Assembly: GCA_963760795.1 (NCBI GenBank)
Contig: CAVXEP010000029.1
Coordinates: 160,001 to 224,000, forward strand
Length of the DNA stretch: 64,000 bases
Source: an uncultured delta proteobacterium
GTDB lineage: Bacteria > Desulfobacterota > Binatia > UBA9968
Direction of reading: 5' to 3'
Shown here: positions 10,081 to 19,324 of the stretch, piece by piece
Numbering within the stretch: the first letter of the stretch is position 1
How the letters are laid out: each line of letters begins with the position of its first letter
Made by a program: the position numbers and the translations under genes
Notes under the pieces: generated by a model
Databases searched by the model: none
The model's input: only the letters and a program-made list of their open reading frames with translations
What the model was told of the DNA's origin: nothing

Positions 10081-11440
10081 ATGCAAGGTAATATTCTAGT
10101 TGCCGAAGATGAATTGTTGCCGAGAAAAAATATCTGCCGGGTTCTTGAAGACGAGGGATATCAGGTTCATGAAGCCGCCGACGGGAGCGCGGCTATAGAA
10201 GCAGTCGACAAAAATGATTTAGATTTAATTCTTCTGGATTTAAAGATGCCGGGCGCCGACGGCATGACGGTGCTCAAGCATGTGCGACAAGCATCGCCGC
10301 AGACTCTAGTGCTGATCATGACCGCTTACGCCTCCATCGAAACCTCGGTTGAGGCGCTTCGCCTAGGCGCGCAGGATTATATCCTTAAACCAATCGTGCT
10401 CGATGGCGTGGTGAAGAAAGTGCGCACTTTGATGGAGAATAAGCGGCTTGCTTGGGAAATCCAAACCCTGCGTCGACAACTCAACCGCGACTTCGAGACC
10501 ACCGAATTGATCGGAAATAGCCTCGCCACTGCGGAAATTCTCGAGGTGATCGAGAAAGTGGCGCCGACCAACTCGACCGTTTTGATTAGTGGCGAGAGCG
10601 GTGTCGGAAAAGAGGTGGTGGCTCGCACCATTCATAAGCAAAGCACGCGCAGCGACAAAACTTTTCTGGCGGTTAACTGCAGCGCGATCCCGGAAACCCT
10701 GCTGGAAAGCCAACTCTTTGGTCACGTTAAGGGTGCTTTTACCGGTGCCTCGAATTATCAGGAGGGCTTATTTCAGCGCGCCAACGGCGGAACTATTTTC
10801 TTGGATGAGATCGGCGAGATGCCGCTCATTTTGCAGCCGAAAATTTTGCGCGCCATTGAAGAAAGAGCGGTAACACCCATCGGCGCGGCCAAGCCGCTAC
10901 CAGTCGATGTGCGGATCATTGCCGCGACCAATCGGACGCTAAAGCAAGAAGTCGACGAAGGAAAGTTTCGCGGCGACCTATATTACCGCTTGAACGTCAT
11001 TCACCTTGATGTCCCGCCGCTGCGTGAGCGGCGTGAAGACATCCCGCTGCTGGTCGAACACTTCATCCGGCGCCAGAATAGCGAGCTCAAGAAAAACTAC
11101 CAGGGCGTGGAAAGCAGTGCGTTGAAAGGTCCTCATGTCGCTGCCATGGAAAGGAAACATTCGCGATCTTAATAACGTGCTCGAGCGCGCCATGATTCTC
11201 GGCAATGGAGACTGGATCACGGTCAAAGATCTGCCGCGCTGGGAAGTGCCCGAGGAAGATGCCGACCGCGCCGTCGGCCACGGCCATGATCTCAGGCGAA
11301 CGGTTCGCGCCTTTGAAAAAAGTCATATTGAAAATGTTCTGAAGGAAACCGACGGGGACCGGACCCAGACCGCTGAATTGCTCGGCCTGAGCCGCTCGTC
11401 TTTATATCGCAAACTCGAAGCATTAGGGATTGAATCTTAG
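10081..11440 (+). CDS. NtrC/AtoC-family sigma54-dependent response regulator (REC-AAA+-Fis HTH); +1 frameshift near 11127
   Basis: REC LLDLKMP, Walker A GESGVGKE, GAFTGA, FLDEIGE, FRGDLYYRLNV; continues as PWKGNIRDL and HTH TAELLGLSRSSLYRKL in the +1 frame. Confidence 0.92.
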
Positions 11441-11689
11441 ATCTGAATAGCGGGAATTTTATTTATCCAGGTCGCGTGAGTTGTGCTAGAGACGGTCATC
11501 GCCAGGAAGACCCATTCGGTGACGAGTAAAAAACAACATCATTGCAGAGCTATCCACGGCACTAGTCAGTATGCCCGCTATTAGGATTTTATTAATAGAC
11601 ATGAAGCAGGAAGGATCGAAGACTATTTAAATCTACGATCCTTCAAGCGCCTCGCTTGGGCGGGTTTTTTACTACGCGCCCGACTTGTT

Positions 11690-11893
11690 TTACCTCTCTA
11701 CCTTATCCACCCAATCGGCGACGCGGCGTTCCGCCTCATCTTTGCTCAGGCCGTATCTTTCCTGGACCTTGCCGATCAATTGATCCCGTTTGCCGGCGAT
11801 CCGATCAAGCTCGTCATCGGTGAGTTCGCCCCAATTTTCCTTGATCTTACCCTTCATCTGTTTCCACTGCCCCGAAATCGTGTCCCAATTCAT
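11690..11893 (-). CDS. csbD: CsbD/YjbJ general stress protein
   Basis: MNWDTISGQWKQMKGKIKENWGELTDDEL...GKVQERYG; RBS GGAGG. Confidence 0.93.
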   Translation of the reverse strand: MNWDTISGQWKQMKGKIKENWGELTDDELDRIAGKRDQLIGKVQERYGLSKDEAERRVADWVDKVER

Positions 11894-11936
11894 AAACTAC
11901 CTCCACAAAGAAATTTGCTAACGAATCGCTATAAGA

Positions 11937-11951
11937 GCAAAAGATATGCCC
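11937..11951 (-). promoter_or_regulatory. sigma54 -24/-12 element
   Basis: GGGCATATCTTTTGC; box pair at 11992-12007 and 12023-12038, 31-bp period. Confidence 0.7.
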
Positions 11952-12047
11952 GCAGCCAATGTGACATGACCTATGGAGATGGACATCATTAATCGCAAGT
12001 TTAGGACAGGAGGAAATGCGATGTTTCTGCCTTGGGACAAATGCGCT

Positions 12048-12689
12048 CTATCGGAGCGAGCGGCGAAGAAGCACAAACGTAATGATCCCAGCGGCGCTTA
12101 ACCCGACCAGAAGCCCAATGTCCGTCCAATGACTATACTGTAACGCGGCCAATAGTTGGTCGCCAACCACGACAGTGGTCAGAGTGCCGGGTATGAGTCC
12201 TATGAAAGATCCGATGATGAAGGTGCTGAACCGGATGCCGAGCGCGCCCACGAACATGTTAACGACTGTAAATGGCGCCACTGGCAACATGCGTATCACT
12301 ACGACCGCGAAGATACCGCCACCTTTAAGTTTGGCGGCGATAGTTTCGAAGCGCTGGCGTTGCGTTCCTTGGCTGCGCGGTGGTCCATAGGTGGCGCCAA
12401 ACCAGAAAGCCATGGCTGCGGCGAGAATTAATCCCGTCAGACCGTAGACTGCCGTGCGCCACGGACCGAAAATACCAACGAAGGCCAAGGTTAGCATCGG
12501 TCGTGGAAATAAAATTAACGAGGCGGCTACATAGCTTGCAACAATGATCAAGGGAGCGGCAGGATGTCTTTCTAAAGGTTCACTCCAAAGCCGGAGCTGG
12601 TCTGCGTCCATTTTTTGTAGAGGGCTCCAGTGCCACAAGGCGATTAAGAAAAGTGCCGTCGCCAGAACTACAAAAATATTACGCGACAT
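12048..12689 (-). CDS. TVP38/TMEM64 (DedA/VTT) membrane protein
   Basis: IRMLPVAPFTVVN and FIIGSFIGLIPG motifs. Confidence 0.85.
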   Translation of the reverse strand: MSRNIFVVLATALFLIALWHWSPLQKMDADQLRLWSEPLERHPAAPLIIVASYVAASLILFPRPMLTLAFVGIFGPWRTAVYGLTGLILAAAMAFWFGATYGPPRSQGTQRQRFETIAAKLKGGGIFAVVVIRMLPVAPFTVVNMFVGALGIRFSTFIIGSFIGLIPGTLTTVVVGDQLLAALQYSHWTDIGLLVGLSAAGIITFVLLRRSLR

Positions 12690-12777
12690 AAGGCGTACGC
12701 CACAGCCTTTAAATAATTGTCAGTAGGTACTACTCGATGCAGCGCCGCTTCTACTAAGGATCCGTTCTATAGAACGC

Positions 12778-12822
12778 AGGCGCCGTCCGTCTCTGGTTCG
12801 GGCCAAGAGACGAACGGCGCCT
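12778..12822. terminator. Strong hairpin downstream of ORF 12851-13846
   Basis: AGGCGCCGTCCGTCTC...GAGACGAACGGCGCCT; no clear U-tract. Confidence 0.5.
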
Positions 12823-12850
12823 ACGAAGTTTTCTGTGTAGCAACGATCGT

Positions 12851-13846
12851 TTACTTTAACCCGAGCGCGGTCGTCGTTTTTTCATCCAATTGTCCGGTCA
12901 CCGCGATATTTTTCGCCTTCTGAAAATTGCGCAATGCCTCCTGCGTGCGCGGACCAAAAACTCCATCCGGTTGGCCGGTCTGGTAGCCAAGGTCATTTAA
13001 CTTCGATTGCGCCTGACGCACTTCCTGCGTGCTAGCGGGCTGCGAGTCACGCATTCCTGCATCGTTGCGCGTATCGCTGCGTCTCGCGCTGCGCCCGCCC
13101 TGGTTCGCTTCCAAAGCCCGCTCTGTCGCTTCCGCTTGCCACATATTAGTCGTCACATCGATTTTGGTCGCCTTGCGGGTTGTCTTATCGAAATCGAGTT
13201 GCACTTCGTAACTGTGATCGGCTTTGACGATTTCCCACTCGGCATAATCGGGCTTATCGCTGTTAACCGACGTGATTTTCCACCCCATTTTTTCCAGCTC
13301 GCGACGGTAGACGTCCTTGTCTTGTCCCGGTTTTAACGCTTGCTCGAGCTGTTCTTTGCCTTTAGTCCAATCAGCTCTGCGGTCGCGGTCGCTAAACCGA
13401 GCATCGCCTCGACCCATGGCGGCTACCTTGGTTCCTTTCAGAGCTTTTTTAGTGGCATCCGCTTTCCACATGTTGGTGGTTACGTCGACTTTGCTAGCTT
13501 TATTGCCTTTATCAAAATCGATCTGCACTTCGTAGCTCTGATCGCCTTTTACAATTTCCCACTCGGCGTAATCGGATTTGTCGCTGTTCACGGCTGTGAT
13601 CAGCCAACCCGCTTTCTCGAGCTCCTTGCGATAAAAATCCTTGGATTCACCCAGCTTTAAATTTTGTTGCAACACTTGTTTCTGTTTGTTCCAGTCGGCG
13701 CTGCGGTCGCGGTCGCTATAACGTCCGGCTGGAGTGCTTGGCACACTGTCGCTGCGCTGAGCCCACGCGAGTTGTGGCGACAAAGCGAGAATTCCGGTTA
13801 ACACCGCGGACCCGCTCATCTTCAATTTCCTTACTGAGATTTTCAT
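12851..13846 (-). CDS. Exported protein with two ~95-aa internal repeats (PepSY-like) and a C-terminal peptidoglycan-binding domain
   Basis: Signal peptide (AWA-Q); duplicated R.SDRDR.ADW...EWEIVK...YEVQ.DFDK unit; LNDLGY..G.PDGVFGPRTQEALRNFQ. Confidence 0.85.
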   Translation of the reverse strand: MKISVRKLKMSGSAVLTGILALSPQLAWAQRSDSVPSTPAGRYSDRDRSADWNKQKQVLQQNLKLGESKDFYRKELEKAGWLITAVNSDKSDYAEWEIVKGDQSYEVQIDFDKGNKASKVDVTTNMWKADATKKALKGTKVAAMGRGDARFSDRDRRADWTKGKEQLEQALKPGQDKDVYRRELEKMGWKITSVNSDKPDYAEWEIVKADHSYEVQLDFDKTTRKATKIDVTTNMWQAEATERALEANQGGRSARRSDTRNDAGMRDSQPASTQEVRQAQSKLNDLGYQTGQPDGVFGPRTQEALRNFQKAKNIAVTGQLDEKTTTALGLK

Positions 13847-13909
13847 TTCTTGCTCCTTTCGTTTTGCACTAAATTTTTACTTAGCACACTGTTTTTAAAT
13901 TCGATAAAA

Positions 13910-13924
13910 GCAACCGTCGTGCCA
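13910..13924 (-). promoter_or_regulatory. sigma54 -24/-12 element
   Basis: TGGCACGACGGTTGC, a consensus match. Confidence 0.85.
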
Positions 13925-14190
13925 GCTCTGGTGTGAATAGTCGCGAGGCTGCATGGATATCGAGCGACAAAGTGATTGTCCCGCGATGCAATTGCTTGTA
14001 GATGGTGGACTGAAAACCTGTGTTTGTATTGCAATGGTAGCGCGCAAACGGGACGGTGGTGGGTAAATCTCACCCTGTGGCAGTTTACCGTGCGTTATGC
14101 CCTAGGCTGGGGCGAAGCACAAATAAGGAACTTGCCTTACCCGTGCCTGCGCCCAACTTGGCCGTTCGTCCTTATCTAAATTTATGAGAG

Positions 14191-14460
14191 GTTACGGTTT
14201 GTTCGCTGTCCGGTTACCGCCCCACACAAAACCGATGCCGATGGCGGCAATATGATTGCCGCGGTTGGTGTTGTTGTCGATGTCTTTAAACGACTAAAGA
14301 AATATTCGTAGCGATAGCCGAGATTCAGAAAGGCCTGCTCGTCGAAGAACAATTTCAAGCCGGCGTTCGGGTCGATAACGCCGGTGATATCGCGATCGTT
14401 ATAGAACGCGCCGATGCTGCCACCCAGATAGGGTGCAGCTGCAATTGGCAACGGCATTAA
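14191..14460 (-). pseudogene. C-terminal fragment of an outer-membrane beta-barrel protein
   Basis: PYLGGSIG, AGLKLFF, LNLGYRYEYFF, then after a frameshift IGIGFVWGG; no signal peptide or N-terminus. Confidence 0.5.
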
Positions 14461-15033
14461 GACTGCTCCCACGAGAAAGAGAGCGGCTAAAATAAATTTA
14501 CAGACCGCTAACAGAGGAGCAAAAATACCACCGCGGCATGGCGACAAATCGCAATTATAAAATAAATACTTTTCAACTACGAAGCCAATATTGTCCCGCA
14601 AACGGTGAAAAAGGTGAGACGATGTGTAGGCGTTAAGACAGAACCTGGAATCAGCGTGGCATGTTTCACGAACCCCAAAATATGCTTTTCACGTCCTGAA
14701 ATTGGCACAACAGATTTGATTATGTCTTATTATTGGAACAGAACATCTTTTTTAAGTGATCAAAACGTTTTTCAACTATGCGTGTTTTCGTGCATTTGTA
14801 ATTTTTCATTTCATGATTAACCCGTCGCACTGTCGATCAAACTTCTCGCTATGACAGTTAGAAGACTTCGTCGCAAGCGTAAGGTGCGGCAGCCTTTGAA
14901 TCGCAGGATGGGGCTTCACTGGCTCGGGGTTGGGCCCCGATGCCACCGTGGGGATTGAGGCGTCCCCCGCGATTTACCTCAGTGTGATCATGGTTAAGAA
15001 CTAATAGTTAAATAAATCAGACGGTGAGAGTTA

Positions 15034-15069
15034 GTCCCGTTTTTGCGACGGCGATCCCTACTTTGAGAC
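15034..15069. promoter_or_regulatory. Tandem 16-bp enhancer-like boxes
   Basis: GTCCCGTTTTTGCGAC and ATCCCTACTTTGAGAC, 20-bp period. Confidence 0.6.
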
Positions 15070-15201
15070 GTCGTGCTGAATCTTTATTTCAAAGCGCGAT
15101 TCCAATAACGCGGCTCATTATATCAACCGAAATTCGTTAGCCAAATCTTCAAACGATGCGAATTGTTAATCTTTGTATTTGCAAGCGTTGTGAGTCTTTT
15201 A

Positions 15202-15216
15202 TGGCATGCTGTTTGC
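15202..15216 (+). promoter_or_regulatory. sigma54 -24/-12 element
   Basis: TGGCATGCTGTTTGC. Confidence 0.8.
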
Positions 15217-15261
15217 GGTAATTACGATCAAATTCAAGGACGAACATGCGGAGGATATAAC

Positions 15262-15876
15262 ATGGCGGACAGCTCATTTCTGACCGATGTCAAAACTTTA
15301 CGTGAACGGGCGCGTCGACACATCGAACGGGGCGCTGTGACGGAGGGTTACCAAGCCGACCGAGAGGTGGTTTTGAAACTCTTGAATGAAGCGCTAGCTA
15401 CCGAGCTTGTTTGCGTCTTGCGCTACCGGCGCCACTATTTCATGGCTAACGGTATCCACGCTGGAGCCGTGGCCGACGAATTTATGCAGCACGCCAACGA
15501 AGAGCAGGCTCATGCCGATCAAATTGCCGCTCGTATCGTGCAATTAGGCGGCGCACCCAATCTCTCCCCAGAAGGTATGTTAGCGCGAAGCCACTCCGAA
15601 TATGTTGAGGGTGATTCGCTGACTGATATGATTCGCGAGGACCTGGTTGCTGAACGCGTTGCCATCGATAGCTATAAGGAGATGATTCAGTATCTCGGCA
15701 GTAAAGATCCTACTACACGCCGGATGATCGACGGGATTCTAGCAGTCGAGGAAGAACACGCAGAAGATCTGGCGACACTTTTGGAACGGTATGATCAGCC
15801 GGCCTACGCGGGTTCTGTGTCACTGCAAAAAATGAACGATGACGCCCTTGCGATGCATAAGGAAAAGCAGGATTAA
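15262..15876 (+). CDS. Ferritin-like/bacterioferritin-family diiron protein
   Basis: LNEALATE, EEQAHAD, DLVAERVAI, EEEHAEDL ferroxidase ligands; RBS GGAGG before ATG 15262. Confidence 0.9.
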   Translation: MADSSFLTDVKTLRERARRHIERGAVTEGYQADREVVLKLLNEALATELVCVLRYRRHYFMANGIHAGAVADEFMQHANEEQAHADQIAARIVQLGGAPNLSPEGMLARSHSEYVEGDSLTDMIREDLVAERVAIDSYKEMIQYLGSKDPTTRRMIDGILAVEEEHAEDLATLLERYDQPAYAGSVSLQKMNDDALAMHKEKQD

Positions 15877-15955
15877 AGCGGTCTCGCCGCAATGATTTGC
15901 GAAATCAGGCGATTCGATAGCGCTGGCAGTTACTTCCCGCTAGCGTTATTCCCCC

Positions 15956-15993
15956 GAGACAGATGAGCGGCGATTGCGCTGCTCATCTGTCTC
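15956..15993. terminator. 17-bp stem hairpin
   Basis: GAGACAGATGAGCGGCG-ATTG-CGCTGCTCATCTGTCTC. Confidence 0.55.
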
Positions 15994-16070
15994 CCTCCCT
16001 CTACTGATAAACATTTTAGGTAGCGACCTGCATCATAACAATAGCAAATTTATCGATGAGGTTTTATTAT

Positions 16071-16448
16071 ATGACGAACGAGATTAAGATCATTACGTTA
16101 GGATTGGCTCTCGGGATAGGATTTATCGGTTGCTCGCGTGAAAGTGACAATCAGGCTCGCGAAACCACAACGACGCGCGACAGCACTACAACCACGACAG
16201 TACCGGCAACCCCTAACCCGACGCTGAGCAGTTCGGATCTAGAAAATGTCGTAAAAGCGAAACTTCAAAGCGACGATCAACTGCGTGTGGCGAATATTAA
16301 CGTTAATGCCGACGCCGACAAGAAAGAAATCACTCTGTCCGGCACAGTGACATCGCAAGAACAGCGTAAACGCGTCCTTGATTTGGCTAAAGAAGCGCAC
16401 GCAGGGTTAACCATTAACGACAAGATCGATGTCAAGCCCATGTCGTAA
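16071..16448 (+). CDS. BON-domain (OsmY-like) lipoprotein
   Basis: Lipobox-like FIGC; VKAKL...INVNAD...ITLSGTV. Confidence 0.85.
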   Translation: MTNEIKIITLGLALGIGFIGCSRESDNQARETTTTRDSTTTTTVPATPNPTLSSSDLENVVKAKLQSDDQLRVANINVNADADKKEITLSGTVTSQEQRKRVLDLAKEAHAGLTINDKIDVKPMS

Positions 16449-16541
16449 ATTGGTCGCGTTACTTGAGGTGGCGCAGATGCGCCGCTTCAGACGAAAAACA
16501 CAAAGGATCGTCAAAATCATGAATACTTAAACTGGAGGTTT

Positions 16542-17072
16542 ATGCACATGCCGAACGCAATTCAAATGGTTAAACAGGACCACAAGAAGGTTGCAAACCT
16601 GTTCGACAAATACAAACACACTAAGAAAGAAGAAGCCAAACGGCGGATTGCCGAACAAGCCATGGAACAGTTGGAGGTTCATGCCTTGGTGGAAGAGGAC
16701 ATCTTTTATCCTGCGGTCAAAAAAGCACTAGGAGACGGAGCGTTAATTCACGATGCGCTTAAAGAACATCAGGTGATCAAAGAGTTGATCGAAGAACTCA
16801 AGATTATCGAGGATTACGATGAGGATTTCGAAGAGAAATGGTCTGAACTCGTAGAAAACGTTCAAAATCATGTCAACGAAGAGGAGAGCGACCTCTTGCT
16901 GCAGGCTGAAGAAAGCGAACTTGATCTTGTTAACTGCGGCGCACTGATGACAGAGCGCAAAGAAAAGGCGATCGAGGAAATTGGCGCCAGCTCAATGGCC
17001 CATACTGGAAAATTACGTCCCGGCTCGAGATCGAAAAACTCGACAAAACACTCAGAAAGCCGGCACGCATAG
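16542..17072 (+). CDS. Hemerythrin-like HHE cation-binding protein
   Basis: KQDH, LEVHALVEEDIFYP, EH, HVNEEE motifs. Confidence 0.88.
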   Translation: MHMPNAIQMVKQDHKKVANLFDKYKHTKKEEAKRRIAEQAMEQLEVHALVEEDIFYPAVKKALGDGALIHDALKEHQVIKELIEELKIIEDYDEDFEEKWSELVENVQNHVNEEESDLLLQAEESELDLVNCGALMTERKEKAIEEIGASSMAHTGKLRPGSRSKNSTKHSESRHA

Positions 17073-17433
17073 TTCAGTCCGATCCCCAATCCCACGGGTG
17101 TTCGCCAGCGCGCAGATCATACTTCGCAGTCACGCGGCAGAACGCGCGCTGGCGGCCTGTCGTCAAAAACATAAAATCCTAGTGAAAAAGAAAAGCTCGG
17201 AACTGCGCGGCGATACTCACGGTCGCCGCGCATTCCGAAACCAGGAAGGTCGTTACACTCGGCCCATTAGAGCCAGAACGATGATGATTATAAGGACTAA
17301 TCCAAGGCCACCGCTGGGATAGTAGCCCCAGCCGCTGCTGTAAGGCCAACTGGGCAAAGCTCCTACTAATAGAAGAATTAAGACAATTATTAATACGGTT
17401 CCCATAGCGTTATCCTTTCCATTGTCGTGTAGG

Positions 17434-17580
17434 TTACTTTAGCGCTAACGATTTTCCCACGAGTATCAGGGCGACGCCGCCGATCATCCCGGCGCCGGCA
17501 AGCAGCGGTGGAATCGCAATGGATTCGCATTTCTCCTCTGTGCTTGATCTTGTTGTTCTGCATCCATGAAAACCACCTCC
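17434..17580 (-). pseudogene. Remnant of a small membrane protein (IPPLLAGAGMIGGVALILVG)
   Basis: Hydrophobic C-terminal helix preceded by a frameshifted GGFSW segment. Confidence 0.35.
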
Positions 17581-17772
17581 TTTCGATTTCTCGAACTGGC
17601 GATGGAGCAACACACATGCCAGTGCGATAGCGGAATTCACGACGCCCCATAGTTATTCACAGGGGGATATAGCGCATTGATGTCCCAAAACCGCGAAGGA
17701 GAGAAAGAAGCATTCCAAGCTTTGGGACACGGCGGGTTGTGTTCACACACTGTATGAAGGTGAATTATTATC

Positions 17773-17787
17773 TGGCATATGAGTTGC
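17773..17787 (+). promoter_or_regulatory. sigma54 -24/-12 element
   Basis: TGGCATATGAGTTGC; box pair at 17682-17697 and 17713-17728, 31-bp period. Confidence 0.8.
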
Positions 17788-17849
17788 GTTGAGTCGCGGT
17801 GAATAGTTAAAAGACATCGACAAAAATATTGGAGTCGCTGGAGGTTCTT

Positions 17850-18187
17850 ATGGATTATGCAGAAGGTGTTGCTCAAGGCAGAATGGGTCGTAGGGAAGAT
17901 GAGCGGGACGACATCGGCCGCAAAGTAAGCAATGCGGCTTCTGAAGTGCGCGCCGGGATCACTAATTTCGTCGACGGCAGTTAAGCAAAAAATACCAAGC
18001 TGATGCGGTTCGCAAGATGAGTGATACCGCGTGCGAAGTCACCGATCAGGTCAGGGGATACATCGAGGATCGCGGAATCCGGGGATTGACGGATGATGTT
18101 ACCGATTTGATTCGCCGCTATCCGATGCCTGCTTTGTTATGTGGAGTCCTGATCGGTGTGTTATTGGCGCGTCCACGGGGAGATTAA
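17850..18187 (+). CDS. ElaB/YqjD-like tail-anchored membrane protein (not in the ORF track; two +1 frameshifts)
   Basis: GGAGG RBS; repaired translation ends DVTDLIRRYPMPALLCGVLIGVLLARPRGD; 338-2 = 336 nt. Confidence 0.7.
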
Positions 18188-18189
18188 CC

Positions 18190-18642
18190 ATGGCTGCATT
18201 GAAGCCTACACCCGATCACGCCAGTTGGTCCGACCTGATCGCGGGAATTGTGACAGATGCAACGCAGCTGTTTCACAAAGAGGTCGAACTGGCCCGACTA
18301 GAGATTGGTAATGATTTACGTAACGTCAAAGCGCTGCTAACGGGAATCGTAATTGGTGGGATACTCGCAGTTTTAGGTTTAGGCTTGCTTTGCGTTGGGT
18401 TGGCGTTGGCACTTTTTACCTATACGACATTGCCGCAATGGGCTTGCTTCGCTGTGGTTGGCGGAGCGATGCTGGTGGCCGGCGTCTGCTTTATTGCCGC
18501 GGCTAACCGAAGCAAAAAGAAAGTCGATCTAATTCCTCAGCGGACCGTTGAGGCTGTGAAGGAGGATATCGGATGGATCACATCGACAATCAGGACATCG
18601 AACGCAATCTCAAAGACCGCGAACAAACTCGAAAGGCGCTAA
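18190..18642 (+). CDS. YqjE-like 'phage holin superfamily III' membrane protein
   Basis: LFHKEVELARLE, two TM helices, P.RTVEAVKED.W. Confidence 0.85.
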   Translation: MAALKPTPDHASWSDLIAGIVTDATQLFHKEVELARLEIGNDLRNVKALLTGIVIGGILAVLGLGLLCVGLALALFTYTTLPQWACFAVVGGAMLVAGVCFIAAANRSKKKVDLIPQRTVEAVKEDIGWITSTIRTSNAISKTANKLERR

Positions 18643-19130
18643 CGCAAAAGTTAGAGACGCTGGAGACACGTATGCAGGACAATATCGAGCAAGTTAAAGA
18701 GTCGGTGCGACATAGCACAGATTTAAAATACCAAGTGGGCAAGCGTCCCTGGGTAATGTTTGGTTTATCAATAGTGTTGGGTGGTGTGGCCGGGCGCCTG
18801 TTCATGGGTAATCGTCAATCGTTAAGTGCGCGCTCGCGCTCGGAAATCGAGGATATCCTACACAAAGCGAGCGACGCATCAAGCAAAAGCTTTCAAACCT
18901 TGGCCGACAATGTAAACCTCGACCAGTACGCTAAGCATTTTAGTCTAATTAAGAACGCCTCCATAGGCGCGATGACTTCGCTTGCCGTCGAATTGGCCCG
19001 TCGTGTCGTGCCCGCCATCCTAACCCAAATCGATAAGTACTCTAAAAGCACAAACCTCAACAACACCACCGAGAAGGTTCGAGAAGCGGACGAGCAATTA
19101 CAAGATCGATTCAGAACCTCGGTTCAGTAA
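18573..19130 (+). CDS. DUF3618/YqjK-like protein
   Basis: IE...EQTR..L..KLETLE coiled coil; RPWVMFGLSIVLG TM segment; RBS AGGAGG. Confidence 0.7.
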   Translation: MDHIDNQDIERNLKDREQTRKALTQKLETLETRMQDNIEQVKESVRHSTDLKYQVGKRPWVMFGLSIVLGGVAGRLFMGNRQSLSARSRSEIEDILHKASDASSKSFQTLADNVNLDQYAKHFSLIKNASIGAMTSLAVELARRVVPAILTQIDKYSKSTNLNNTTEKVREADEQLQDRFRTSVQ

Positions 19131-19227
19131 GTTCGTGATCTGGTCAAAGCTTTCGCGTGGGTCTTAGCAGAAAAGCGCACCCAATGGGGAAAGCGTCCAG
19201 AGTTTGCGAACCAGTGCAGTGTCGCAT

Positions 19228-19242
19228 CGGCAAACCCCTTGC
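19228..19242 (+). promoter_or_regulatory. Candidate sigma54 -24/-12 element
   Basis: CGGCAAACCCCTTGC; degenerate box at 19195-19210. Confidence 0.55.
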
Positions 19243-19324
19243 TGCGACAATTATGGCGCACTTCTATAGTGTTCGCAGCGAGGGCTAATTGCGCGCTGAC
19301 CGTTTGTTAAACGCACCTTTTAAC

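Noticed and set aside
11120-11140. Programmed ribosomal frameshift in the bEBP
   Set aside because: No slippery heptamer or stimulatory structure; same +1 signature as the other probable sequencing errors.
14182-14820. ORFs 14182-14601 and 14605-14820 as intact genes
   Set aside because: The first is a truncated, frameshifted beta-barrel fragment with a non-homologous front; the second is AT-rich with no protein-like features.
16018-16032. sigma54 site before the first BON gene
   Set aside because: GG-N9-GC spacing; sigma54 requires N10.
18190-18642. Prophage suggested by the 'phage holin' family gene
   Set aside because: No integrase, terminase, capsid or endolysin; this family is a common chromosomal YqjE-like stress gene.
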